A stretch of 61,396 nucleotides of DNA, the filler included, from Platydemus manokwari (Eukaryota), in NCBI GenBank assembly GCA_037951405.1. It is 6 parts of 6 records of this genome, joined end to end, with 100 filler letters (N's around TTAATTAATTAA, not from the genome) between each part and the next. Parts side by side here need not be neighbours in the genome. Positions count along the whole stretch, not along the records: positions 41,083 to 50,587 come from JBBMOY011239764.1; positions 50,688 to 61,396 come from JBBMOY011111219.1; 4 more parts are not named here. The stretch is one strand, 5' to 3'. Positions 41,084 through 53,964 of the stretch are shown here, piece by piece; position 1 is the stretch's first letter; every line of letters starts with the position of its first letter. The notes beneath the pieces are model-generated. The model was not told where the DNA came from and ran no database searches. It was given only the letters and a program-made list of their open reading frames with translations. The position numbers were made by a program, and so were the translations under genes.

Positions 41084-41425
41084 ATTGTGTTTTATCGATT
41101 GATGAAAACATCAAAAGATTGTAAAATGGTTCGACAAAAAGATTCTAATTCGACATTGTGGCTGTGTGTGAGACTGACAGCTGTTTTTGGAATTGGTTAT
41201 ATATTCCAAATAATATCTGTTGTATCTAATATAAAGATATTGATAATGATTGGATCAATCATCAACTGTCTTCAAGGCACGATGTTAGCATGCTGTTTCG
41301 CTTTGACAAAGAAAGTTCACTCGACGATGATAAATACAATTTCCAATATTTCTGATACTGTCTCCAGATCTCTAACACCTAGTCCTCATCTTAAACCAAA
41401 GGAATTGTTTGAAAATTTTACTTGA
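41084..41425 (+). CDS. C-terminal part (end of TM5 to TM7 plus tail) of a secretin/adhesion-like 7TM receptor; 5' part lost in the gap
   Basis: Open frame from the gap edge. STLWLCVRLTAVFGIGY and NCLQGTM align with STLWLCLRLTAIFGMGY and ALQGFF of the 42781 paralogue, as expected for family-B TM6/TM7. Confidence 0.8.
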   Translation: MVFYRLMKTSKDCKMVRQKDSNSTLWLCVRLTAVFGIGYIFQIISVVSNIKILIMIGSIINCLQGTMLACCFALTKKVHSTMINTISNISDTVSRSLTPSPHLKPKELFENFT

Positions 41426-42780
41426 AAAACTGATAGTAATTGATTTTCATAATAATGTGCAATTATCATCATTAAAAGCTGTTTTAACTTGAAAATATTT
41501 GTACTTTATTTAATTCATTTTCATTCTATTCCAATGCATAAATCGGAAATATTGATTTATAAATTATTGATATGGCTAGAATTGTTATTACTTATAACGG
41601 CAGGTAAAATATATATTTTTAACATTCATATTACTAATTTGTATTTTAAAATACAATTTTTCATGTTTTATTTTATTTTCTAAATGGTATATATCTAATG
41701 ATTTTCTATTTTTAATTATAATACAAAAAATCCAGATTAATTAAAAGTAAAAATAAAACTTTAATTTTAGAAATGATTTTTAGTTCCATTTCATTAGGTT
41801 AGGAAATCAATTTTGCCCTACTTTTCTTAACATACTCAAATACATGGAATCATACTTTTGCCATAGTTTAATGATAATAGAATTCTGTTAATACTATTCA
41901 CAATCATGCATTTCGCTTCAGTTAATTTTATATTCTTAAAAAATTGATAAGTATTACGAACAAACATAAGTTAATAAAGAATTGTAAAAACAATATTTTG
42001 ATATAAATATTTATCTGAAGCATCAAAAAATGTTTATCATGCAACTTTTAAGCTGAATCCAAAATTTATTCAATCCAATTGGTGTTTGACTGGATAAATA
42101 TAATATAATTTAGATTGATAATAAACACGAAAACTCAAAATACACGTAGCTTAAAATTTCCATATTCCAATTGTTATTATGGATAAAATTTGTAATCCTG
42201 TGATATTGAAAATCACGTGATTCACAGCCAATATTATTGTTTCAATTACTTGAAGACAACAAATGATATAAATACATTTCTACTTCTCAATTTTACGATT
42301 ACAAATACCTAATTAATTTGATTTCATCGAAATATTTCTGGATCAAGTTATGAATCATCAACAATACATCACTATCAGTCGAGTTGTTTATCTATAATAA
42401 TATTAAATTAACATTGATGCCTTAATAACTACGATAAAAATCTATATCTAAATATTACCATAAGAATTATTAATAAATCAATTTGACAGTCTCTTTCCAT
42501 GGTTTCATTTCCTATTTAACTGTTAGTGCGTCACGTAGTTTTCATTTCATTTATCAATGATTTTCCAATGAATTTATTCGTTTTATCTGTTGGAAAATAT
42601 CAAGGATTAATCCGAATTGGTAATTCCTGGTAATCGTGATGCTTATTGGCAATTCAATTGTGCTGCCATTGTTGGAATATGCTTTGCAGGGATAGACTTT
42701 CTAGAAGTCACATTACCAGAACCTAAATTCGTGCAAAGACAATTATTTAAAGAAATCAATAACAATAAAATTTTGTTTCA

Positions 42781-43710
42781 ATGGAATCTAACTCAAATCA
42801 AAGTACGGAAAATGTTAATCAACACAGTTATAAATCAGATATCAGCACAACAACCTTTAATTATTTAATATCTACTATTTTATTCTCCTTTAGATGTCTA
42901 TCTATGATTTCTCTTTCATTGTTGATAATTTTATATACAACCCAAAAGGTTTTTCATAACTTTGGAGGTTATTTGACGGTATGTTTGAGCCTTTGTCAAT
43001 GGTTATTGTATTCGTTCAATTTACTAGTCGCCATGACGTCCATTGTGCAATCACCGTTCTGCAAATATCTAGGAATAATCAGACATTTCATTATGCTTAG
43101 TAGTTTCGTCTGGATGGCAATTTATGCTTTGGATTTTGTTCAGATATTTGCTATGAAATCAATGAATACAAATAAAAATGATAATTGGAAACGATTTTGT
43201 GTTCATTGCGGAATTGGATTCAGTTGTGTGGGTGTACTTGTTGGCACATCAACAATCATTGAATTCACAGTTCACACAAATTCTTCAATCAAAATTAATT
43301 ATGGAGGACTTAATTGTTGGGTTGGTAAAAGTGCTGGTGGAATAGTTTTCTTTTTCGTACCAGTTTGTTTATTACTGTTATGGAACTTGTGTACATGTAT
43401 TATTGTATCTTATCGATCGGTGAAAATAACTAAAGAATGTCAAGTAGTGCATAAGAAAAGATTTATTTCAACATTATGGCTTTGTCTTCGTTTGACGGCA
43501 ATATTCGGCATGGGATATATTTTAATAATATGTGTCAATCTAACTGGAATCGAATGTTTGAAAATTATAGGAGATTTCATTATTGCTTTACAAGGTTTTT
43601 TCTTAACTGTTTGCTTTATTTCGAACAAACGTTTCAGAATCATTTTAAGAAAGGCAATTTCATTTCTATCTATAAACGTGTGTTTGAAATTTCGGAATTT
43701 TAATCAATAG
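42781..43710 (+). CDS. Intronless secretin/adhesion/Methuselah-like 7TM GPCR domain, 309 aa, with almost no ectodomain in this frame
   Basis: Seven hydrophobic segments. Family-B signatures: FCKYLGIIRHFIMLSSFVWM (TM3), YGGLNCW (ECL2), FFVPVCLLLLWN (TM5), RL..IFG (TM6), LQGFF (TM7). Confidence 0.85.
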   Translation: MESNSNQSTENVNQHSYKSDISTTTFNYLISTILFSFRCLSMISLSLLIILYTTQKVFHNFGGYLTVCLSLCQWLLYSFNLLVAMTSIVQSPFCKYLGIIRHFIMLSSFVWMAIYALDFVQIFAMKSMNTNKNDNWKRFCVHCGIGFSCVGVLVGTSTIIEFTVHTNSSIKINYGGLNCWVGKSAGGIVFFFVPVCLLLLWNLCTCIIVSYRSVKITKECQVVHKKRFISTLWLCLRLTAIFGMGYILIICVNLTGIECLKIIGDFIIALQGFFLTVCFISNKRFRIILRKAISFLSINVCLKFRNFNQ

Positions 43711-45949
43711 AAAGACAAATTCTGTTTCGAAATGACAAATCTTATAATTAATATTGGTATAAGCGATGAAACACTCGAATTTATTTAATCATTAAAATGC
43801 TATTTTGTATAGTTTTTAACATCAACATTATTGTGTCTGTCCTTAAAATTGAATTGAATTTAATATATACAATGTTATTTATTTTGTAATTTAATTATTT
43901 CATTCGATTCTCTTGTAAAATTCAGATGATAATAATATATAAATGAACTTGAACTCAATACCTATTTCAGTCTTAATGAATGGGAAAGGTACAGACGGAT
44001 ATACGGCATTGCCGTTCAGACTCTTGGGAGTTCTAGCGACCTTTTAAAGAACAGTGAACTTGATGCTTAATAACGCACACCATGGTATGGTATTGTTAAT
44101 TATATTTACTACTGTTAAATGTCAAAATTATTGCTAATGATCACAATGTTATACAGAAAACGAAATCGTCAAGCAATCATGCTTGTAGTGGTTAAATCAA
44201 TAATCAATACACAGCGGGATCAGCCTCCGAAAGTTAGACAGCGAAAAAGATAAAAACCATAAAGATTAGTTGCTATAAAATCAAATAAAAGTTATGATAG
44301 ATAGCAATTACCGATCAATGAAGACTGGTGGAAGCGCGCAAGATCCAAAGATTTTGTATAGAGTTTTTATATTTGTTTCCTTGTTGTCTCAAGAATTTAC
44401 TTTTCATTCACACTTCGATTTATCAACTAATTTTCTGTGTTACTCATACCATTGGTGTATCTCGATTCTTGTTGCCTGTTGTTGGGGTACGGCAATTGAT
44501 TATCGAATTCTATATATGGATTGATATATAGAAAGCGTCTGATTAGCTATTTCTACATTTACTTATCGAATCTCTGTATACCGACCATTTTATGTTTGTT
44601 TCCGTGGTTTCCTTGGTTATAATTTTATAACATACTCAACAGTATACATAGATAATGTAATCATGTACTCTAATAGATTCAATGAACATGTATTCGATAA
44701 AGAAAACATTATAGCTAAAAAATGTGTGAGATACACAGATCAAAGTGAAATCTAGTGAATTTGAATGGTGAAGAAAATCTGAAATAAGGGGTATTATGTA
44801 TCTGAAAACATCAATTATATAAAAGATTGAAGAAAATCAATCAATCGAATACATTAGGAAATTTTCGAAAGTTTTGTCAAATTATAAAACACACACAACA
44901 AAGCTAATAGAAAAATCTTTAATAATCGGAAGTTATTGTTGAGTACATTCAGTCCACATCCCAACCCATAATAATAGTATAAATAATAAGATGAATAAGC
45001 CAATCCCAAAATTAATTTTAAATCCGCGTCGTCATTGCAATTTAAAAAATTAATTCACATCACCATGGTGATTTACATATTGCAAAGGTGAAAGCATTGG
45101 TAACGTTGAATCACCATGGAAAATGAATAAATTACTAAGGGAGAAAATAATTCGCAGAATAATTAATCATCACTCCCACAAATAATCTAGATAAATAAAC
45201 CCAGCGCAAATTTTGGAATTTACACATAAAATTGGCACATTACACATTCGATAATTTTATATTATAATAAAAGTATTAATATCATTGTCTATCATTATTA
45301 TATTATCCGAATTATACACGCAACTTACTATTCTGATTTGCATCAGATCATTGGTAGAAACCCCATTGTGATTATAATCATATTAATCTAACTTACAGGT
45401 CGTCAACGAGTTATTACTAGGTGAAATATCTTGAAATCGTCCCACCAAATGCATGTTATCGCAGACTAATAGGATTCCATCATTATTGGTGATCATCTTT
45501 ACTTTTTTTATTTATTGATCTTGAGTTTCATGATCTTGTATTTTTAGCTATTTTGATCCATTAAATTTTATTGGACTGCCTTCGTAATAATTCATCTAAC
45601 AAAATGAATAAAATTAATGTCGTCAGATTTATTCATAAAAGGGGTTTAAATTTCCACAATAGAAAAAAATTAGAAGAGTTCCTGACAGCAATCGAAAATA
45701 TTGCACTAATTAAAGATAAAGCGATTCCAAAGCTAAATAATTTTAAAATGTTACAAAAATAGAATTAACCAAGTTTAAAACGGTACAGAAATATATGATT
45801 TTTGTTTAAAACTGAAAATAGATTGCTTTGAAAAGAAAGCTACTCTCAACTTCATTTTTATTGATGGAAATTATGATTGTAAGCAAAATAAAATATTTTT
45901 AAATTTTTTTTCCACATCATCAACAAATTCTCCGTAATTGATTCTGATT

Positions 45950-46660
45950 GCAAACTTTGTGTGAAAAATGAATGACTAAATCCACCAAAATAAGCGCAAA
46001 ATAGTTCCGAATTGTCATTTTTATTGGCATTCATTGATTTGAAAACAAATATTTGAACAAAATCAAAAGCATAAATCGGCAACCGAACAAGTCTGCTAAG
46101 CATAATGAAATGTCTCATTATTCCTAAATATTTACTCAGCGGTTATTATACTACAAAAGTCTTCTCGACCAATAACGTGAAAAAATTCATTAACCATCAT
46201 TGACTGTTAAATAATTCCGAGCTATTCAAAAATGAAAAACAACCTAATAATGAAAGCGATACAATAATTAAGGACCGGAGATTCATATCTGTCTGGATGA
46301 TCATTATCGATTCTTTAATTTGAGTTAGATTTCCTTAACTAAATTTTATAAATTTCTTTTAATAACAACCTTCTCACTAATTTAAAATAAAAAATGAGAA
46401 TATTATTGTAAAATTAAGTTGGATTACAGAAGGTCTATTCTTGGAAAAGACATTTCAAAATTCTCAGCAAAATTAATTTTCACAATTTCTATCCATAGTT
46501 AATAGAACCACTGATGGTGACTGTCAAATTGATTAATTTATTATTCAGATCATAATATTTTGTTATATTTAGTGTTGTTATCGTAGTTATATGGCATCAT
46601 TGTTAGATCAATATTATTGTGGATAAATAACGAAAGTAAATGATAGACTTCAGCGAGTTA
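45950..46660 (-). pseudogene. Inverted, disrupted copy of the 42.4-43.2 kb GPCR locus
   Basis: The reverse complement shares aaatat.taggaataat.agacatttcattatgcttag, gaaatctaactcaaat, atagac.ttct, atttgacagtc and ataactacgataa with 42370-43200. It encodes RHFIMLSRLVRLPIYAFDFVQIFVFKSMNANKNDN, with stops and indels around it. Confidence 0.85.
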
Positions 46661-47189
46661 GAAGTAAGCAATATTTGTTCCACAAAAATATTTACATTTT
46701 TTGACGCGATATATTTCGTTCTTTCGAATATTAGAAGTAAAAAAGAAAATTCTGTTATACGTTCAATGTTTTAAAGAATAATTAGATGTAATATAATACA
46801 AGATATGCTAATGTTGTAAACAATTATTAAATTTCTGATGGCAGGTTAAAGTGAAGTCTAAATTTTTTTTGTTGAGTGCAAGATATATTCCAATTTGAGA
46901 ACAAAGTCAATGACAATAATTTATATCCTCTTACTCAATTGATTTATTTCAATTATATATGGATTCAAATTCACCGTTGACAATATTATGACATGATGAA
47001 ATCAAGGTTACAATAGATACACAGATGATTCGAACCCAATATGAAGCCGATTTAACAATGACCTATCTGTTGGAATTGGTCAATTAAAAAATGTCGAATA
47101 TTTGGGTTTCATTTGTATGAATAGAAGTGAAGACTGATCTTGTATTATAAAATACCGTATCTTGTTTTTCATATTATAGAGTTTTTGCT

Positions 47190-47330
47190 CAAAGTTCTTG
47201 AAGGTAAAGGTTCTAATCCTTGAGTTGGAGACATTTAATCGTTCTTTTTCTGGAAGTTGTAAGGCCCTTTATAAGTATAACTTGATGTAAAGTGTAGTTT
47301 TAAAACCCATTGTAATTTTACGTTGTTAAT
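47190..47330 (-). repeat. Diverged element remnant related to 49230-49360 (probably retroelement-derived)
   Basis: cttgaaggtaaaggttcta..gagttgga..tctttttctggaagttgta matches cttgaggtaaaggttctg..aagttgaa..tattcttcctgaaattgta at ~49241-49302. Element class uncertain. Confidence 0.45.
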
Positions 47331-47925
47331 GTTAACCAGTTTTTGTATTGATGTTAATTGTTAATAAATATTTGTAATAATAAATCTTAGCTATCATTCA
47401 TATAGGGATTGTAAAATAAAATCCACAAGTTGTCTATTCTTTAGAATAATGGGCCATAACTTTATCTGATTTTCTTTATATACTAATTTTAAACTAGATG
47501 ATTAAACGTCTCAGATCATTTGAAATTGTGTTGAATATAACTTGATACCAGATGAATTTCTCTCTCTCTTGGTTTTCATGTGCAATTCTTATATCATGAT
47601 TTATTTCAGGGAGTTAAATTGTCATTTATTTATGAAAGGAGATTTTATTTAAGCCTAAAAAAGCTTTTTTAATGAATAACTAAATCATTATAGTAACTTG
47701 GATTTTTATTGCGGAACATTTTTCCATAAAATAAATAATAATTAACATAAAATTAGTCGATTATATCATTTATATATAATTAAATACACAGAATATTATA
47801 AATTATTACACTTTCCAATAAAATTATTACACACACTAAAAAATAGACTAAATTCACTGCTATTTACAAATAAGAATGTTACCAAAATAAAATATCAGTG
47901 TCACTGTTATTCATGAAAATATCGA

Positions 47926-48215
47926 TGCTATCAATTGATTCGTAATAACAACAATGGTATCATTTGGTATATTACATTGGTTGGCATATCATTATTATTA
48001 TGGAATTTTATAACTCTTATGATTATGTTTTATTGATTAATGAGAACTTCAAGAGATTGTAAGGTTATTCGACAAAACGATTCCAATTCCACTTTGTAGA
48101 GGTGTTGTCGATAGCTGTTTTCAGAATTGGTTACGTGTTCTAAACAATATAAAGATACTGTTAGTAATTCGATCAATTATCGACTACCTCCAAGGCACGA
48201 TGTTTCGGTTGTACA
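47926..48215 (+). pseudogene. GPCR pseudogene fragment (TM5-TM7), closest to the 41084-41425 paralogue
   Basis: Reads SLLLWNFITLMIMFY*LMRTSRDCKVIRQNDSNSTL*...NIKILLVIRSIIDYLQGTM versus FYRLMKTSKDCKMVRQKDSNSTLW...NIKILIMIGSIINCLQGTM. Contains in-frame stops and deletions. Confidence 0.85.
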
Positions 48216-51200
48216 AATAGAATAAATTCTGCAATTTATCGGTGTCTAAAATTTATTATAAATTGTGTAACATACGCTGAGAACACTTCCGTAACAGATA
48301 TTTAAAAAATCCAACATTTAATTAAATTATTTATAAAGACAATAACAACATAACTTTGAAATATAATTATTATTTAAAATATTTTAAACAAGAATGTTAA
48401 GTTTCAACAAAACTGACAATAAAAAACAAACAATATTGTGTATTAAATGTATAAAAGTATTATATCAATTTATTAATGTATACAGTACATAATTTTATAA
48501 TTAAGTTGTAACAACGTTTTTCAGCAGTTGAAAATGTAACTTTTATTGACGACTGATGTCGGTAAATTATTTATCGTCGTGCTGAAAAAGTCAACGTAGG
48601 TGTTATGCATGGAACAACTATTTTGTTATTTTATGGTTAATATGTCGCATTGTGGCGATATGGTTTTAATTTTATTTTATGTATCAATTTTATAATTGCA
48701 TTGAAGCGATAAGTTTTGTAAAAGCTACATTTCAGGAGGAAAATAAATTTCATAATTATTATTACATAATAGTATATGTTTTGATATTTATTTTTCGGTT
48801 AAATTAGAAGAAATATATTTAATATAATATGATTTTATGGCAGACAAAAGAATAGGAAATTTTAAGGAATTTTATAAATTATTAATAAGGGACATTTTTC
48901 CTAAAAAATAGTATCCAATATTTTAATTTGAGAGATTAAAAGCGCCGACTCTCAAATAGTATAAATAGGAATACGAACATCAAAACCTGCCCATTTTTAC
49001 CGAAACCACTAAGCCCTTTCTCTATTGAAACCACTAAACTTAGATTGTGAAAATACCAGTTACGTGAAGCATCAATTCGATTCAAGAAGATACAATTGCC
49101 GTAAGAAGTTACCAGTTTATGCCCTTTGAATTTTGTTTGCCATTAAATCAAGTAATTCAGATCATAGTGTAAAATCGTCATCATTATTATATATTGTATT
49201 GCACGTTATCATTTTATTATCGAGCTGTGTCTCAAACCATCTTGAGGTAAAGGTTCTGCTTCTCAAGTTGAAGTACGGAACCGTATTCTTCCTGAAATTG
49301 TAGTTATAGTCGTTTAGGTCATTTTTATTAGTTGTATATTGTAGCACTAACCAACACATTTTGTAAGTGTATAATTGTAATTGTTGTTATACTATTAATA
49401 AACGTTACTGTAAACGTGAAGCATTGCGTTTTTGATTCAATAGGATAAATTCAATTAAATTTAAAAGTTCCTTGTGAATAAAATATATTTGAGACTGATA
49501 ATTATAAAATATAGCGCTTTGGATCATTGCTACCATCGTACTATCCCCATATAGTATTGATAGTGAGGTGAAGAAAGAAAATTATAAAATAAGGTTTCAT
49601 AGAGCGTATCTTAAGGGGTTGATCAGAGCTCACGGAGACTGGTCAATAGGTATTGATCCATAGTAAATTATAAAAAATAAAGACTGATAATAAAATTAAC
49701 CAAGCAACTCCAAAACACATCAAATTTAATTGTATAGAATATTGCCAGGCCTCAAAATTTTAATTCCCATCTATCAATGCATGGGAAAATAAAATATTCA
49801 ATTATAAAATATGTCCTTGTCATTAAATGAACTTCTTTTCAGGAGTACCATTAATTATTCAATCAAACGTGTTTTGGAAATATAAAGTTTTTGTAAATTT
49901 TTTCAGTATTTTTCTGAATATTATTATTTAGAATCTCGTTTAGAATGGACTTTAAATGACAATAATATCAGTCGGTACAATTAAATGATATTGTTACTTC
50001 ATCATCACCTACAACAATATAAAAAATAGAAAAAATCTTAATTTCACAAAGTTTGATCCATCAGACATGTATAATCATTATTATTGCCGATTTATTTGTA
50101 AACAAATGAATATTTACTAATATCACAACAAAGAGCTTCATTGTCCAAATAATGGTTCGATACTAATCAATGCCGATTAAAATCAGGGAAATTTAATCAA
50201 AAATCAATTCTATTCAAAAATTAATAGATCCCAGCATCAGATGAGATTTAGATGTGGATTCTGATTATTTGTAAATCATCAATAATAATAAAGAGATTGA
50301 TCAAATGTAATCTGATTTGGAATCAAAATACAATCACAATAGATGCTCATAAATAGATTGTTAACAAATATCAGTTGAAATATGACTTCAGTTTCTATCG
50401 ATTATCTTCAATTTCGTTTTGTAACCAATGAGTAACATTTCATATTATATGCAAAATGATTGTTTTTCATCAAAAACAACAGAATATTCTGTTAAACAAT
50501 GATTATAGAACATAATAAATAAATATTCCATATAATATGCTATGTTATTTGTGAGACTTAAACCAAAAATCAATTCTATTCACAAATNNNNNNNNNNNNN
50601 NNNNNNNNNNNNNNNNNNNNNNNNNNNNNNNTTAATTAATTAANNNNNNNNNNNNNNNNNNNNNNNNNNNNNNNNNNNNNNNNNNNNTAAAATAAATCAA
50701 TAAAATGATCATTTCAATATATTATGAGTGAAATTTATATATAAAATAAACTGTGAGAATAGTGAGAAATTATGCTCATATAAATGCTAATTGCAACATA
50801 AATAGTCCATCGAAAGATCGCCATCGATTACACAATAGTTTCTATCCATCAAGTATCATAGATGTTTTAATAAATACAATTAGTTAATTCCGCTATAGGC
50901 CATTTCACTCAATTTAGATATTTTTTACTAGCTGGTTGTGAAATTGAATTACGGTCCCAAATCAACATATCCCCCCTCAAATAGGTGAAAATTTGAATCC
51001 CTGAAAAATGTTTATGTAATATCATATTATGTGACTAAGAAAGAACATGATTTTTCTGTTCCAGTTAAAGATCCGATTTTATATTGATCTGATAGCTCAA
51101 GTCAATATATAATAGTTTATTAAATTATGATTCCAGTAATAATAAATATATTTTATGACATTTCTTCAACGCATTTTCATCAATTCAAAGCTCAATAACA

Positions 51201-52137
51201 AATCAATACTATCACAACTTCCATCCAATTTCATTCACATCTAAAATTAATATGCCTACTTTATTAGAAATAAATATTAGCATTTTACGAGTTCATCAGT
51301 GAGCTGAAAAATTAGAATCAAAGGTTTCAAAGAATATTCTCGACGACAAGATAATGTCATGCTCGGAATCATAATTAAATCGATATTTACCAATAATAAT
51401 ACAGTATTCCGCAAAAATGATTTATTCGTTAGTTTTAACCGACCAACTCATTAATGTTAGAAATTGTAATCCGTTTGAACGAAATAATTCGATCAAATAA
51501 AGCAAAAACATTGGGAATCAAGTATAATGAACTGAATGGGATTAGCTTAATACCAATAATCTCTTGAAACAGTTAATTCAAAGTCCAATCTGCTTTAAAA
51601 ACTCGTAAAAGGTTTGTGAAAATTTGGAAGATAAAATCAGGATCGGTAAAATAACATCATCTCAATTTCAGAGTTAAATAATATAAATATAGATGTATAC
51701 CAATGAATAAAATAATATAACGCAGATATTAATGTCGGTAAAGTCAGATATGTAGCTATAACACCTAAAAAAGTTATTCTGAAACAGAAATTATTTAAAG
51801 CGAAAAGGCGTTATTTAGTAGTAAACCAATATAGAATAATCTAATCGAGAAAATTTCCAAATACTTGCTTCCTACAATTTTTTACGGAATAAAAATATAT
51901 GACGAACAAGTTAAAGTAAAATATTCGATTGTGATGCAATCATAATTTGACCAGTAAAAGAGAGAATCAGTTTATTTAGATGACAAGATTTTATAAACTG
52001 AATTGTATTTTATTAAATAGCGATAAAATCATGAAAAAAAATAGAAAATAAAGGCAAAAATTAGAATCTATTCAAAATTTATTATAAAATATCGGATGTG
52101 ATAATTATTCGGAATAATTTTTCGATACTGCATATAT

Positions 52138-53591
52138 CAGGGGTATTAAACGGTGATCATTAGACAATTTTGAAGTGTCAATCGTTAAAATTCAGAAAAT
52201 TGGACGCCAATTCAACGATTATTTAAACTGAATAATTATCGTTCAAAAAGAATTCAGTCTCAGTGACTGAACGAATAGATTGGCTCGAATTCAAAAAATA
52301 AAGTCCTATTTCTAAATTTTTTTATTATAATTTTTTTCATTTTTTTAATAGCCATTAAAATTTTAGAATCTAAGCTTTCTATTTGCTTCCAATATTACAA
52401 AATGATCCTCAGCAATGATTTGAAAATAGATTATTGACTTATTTAGAAATTTTTTGTGAAAAAAAATTGATTTTCATTGTAAAATTTAGGAAAAATATTA
52501 TTGGTTAAAAATTCACGAAAATTCAAGTATAAAATAAAATTGTTAATCAATATAGACTTATGCAATACGATCGATATTTTTAAAAAACATTGCTTTACAA
52601 TCTCTTTTCGTAACTTTAGCTTTTTTATTTATATTTTTATTGTTGCTGTAGAAGCAACAGAAAATAGAAATCTAAGGCAGAAGAGAAATGATTTTAATGT
52701 TGAATGGCAAGAACGATTTTTTTCATTTATTATATAAGCATCGTACATGACTTTTGCTGCCATTCTATAAATAGAGACTACCAGAAAATATAATATACAG
52801 AGGCATTTGAAAACCGTTCACGAAAATTCAAATACAAAATTTCCGATACATTCAGATATTAGGAAGATAGAAATCTTCCAACTAAAATTCATCTTATCTA
52901 GACAACAGAGTTTGTTCACCAGAAGAATTCAATAGCAGATTCGAAGAATTCTGTGAATTAAAGCCATTCTTGAATTTTCTATTATTCCTTTCTATCATAT
53001 AAAACGATGTGCTAATAAAAGTGCAGGGCACTCTAATATTTTCAATAATGGTACTCAGAAATGGAAAATATAAATTTATCAAACAACACTGAATCGAAAT
53101 AACATTAAACGGATAACAAATTGTAGATCTTAGAGAATAAAAATTACTTTCCATTAAAGAGAAGATGCGTTCTCGATATGAACTCTCTTTGTTCGTCAAT
53201 ATGCTCCATTGATATTACATTCCAAGGTGGAAAATATTTTAAATCGAAAAACTACTACTGTTAATTCGGACCAATCCTCGAGATCTGGAATTTGTACTTA
53301 TGTTCCACATTACAAAGGATTGGTCGAAAATTTGTAGTATCAAGTATCATTTTTAAATATGTATTATATTGGAATAAACCATTTTTATTAAAATAAATTT
53401 TGAGCAAGTAACAATTAATCGAATGAAATGACATTTAAGGCGTCCATTGTCATAAGGCAAGAACATAGTGAAAATTTATCTAATAAATTTACTCACACAT
53501 TACCTCCCACCCCCAAATAAAACGGTGCTCTCTAAAATCAGGCACTTTTAAAGTATACACTCTTATTGGCAAAAAGGTTGTTTAACATTTG
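52138..53591 (+). mobile_element. Degenerate hAT element (SPIN/Buster/GTF2IRD2-like); boundaries approximate
   Basis: 52680-52922 reads KRNDFNVEWQERFF..TRKYNIQRHLKTVH..RKIEIFQLKFILSRQQSLF, typical of the N-terminus of this transposase group. Left end CAGGGGTATTAAAC at 52138. Right-end-like ggcac..aaaaaggttgtttaac near 53540-53590. Confidence 0.65.
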
Positions 53592-53964
53592 TCGTAAAGG
53601 ATTTTTAATGAAAATAGAAGGATTTTTGAAACGAAGATAAAACTTTTAACTAAACAAAAACGGCTTTTACAAGTGAGATAGATCTTGATTGTATAAATTA
53701 AATGCCAAATCATATTCCCCTAAGTTATTTCTCTGCCATTAATAATCAAACAATTTATCATAATCGATCTACTGAAGATGTTTAGATCCAAGAAAACTTA
53801 TTTTCCAGTCGACTGCTGGAAAAAGGATTTCATGTTAAAAGAAATGACGAATCCAACTGATAATACACACCGAATTGGAAATGTTGGAAACCTTTATCAT
53901 TAACAGAGAGAAACTCCAATCATAACTCAATTCTAAATTGTGTGACCACATATGAATTAAATTT

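Noticed and set aside
47260-47625. Gypsy integrase-like peptides (QFNS, ETFN, YKGPY) on the minus strand
   Set aside because: Motifs are too degenerate, and the related copy at ~49.3 kb lacks GPY, so it is kept only as an unclassified repeat.
48503-48620. Imperfect hairpin (ttttcagca...tgctgaaaa)
   Set aside because: Short arms, no target-site duplication and no second copy in the window.
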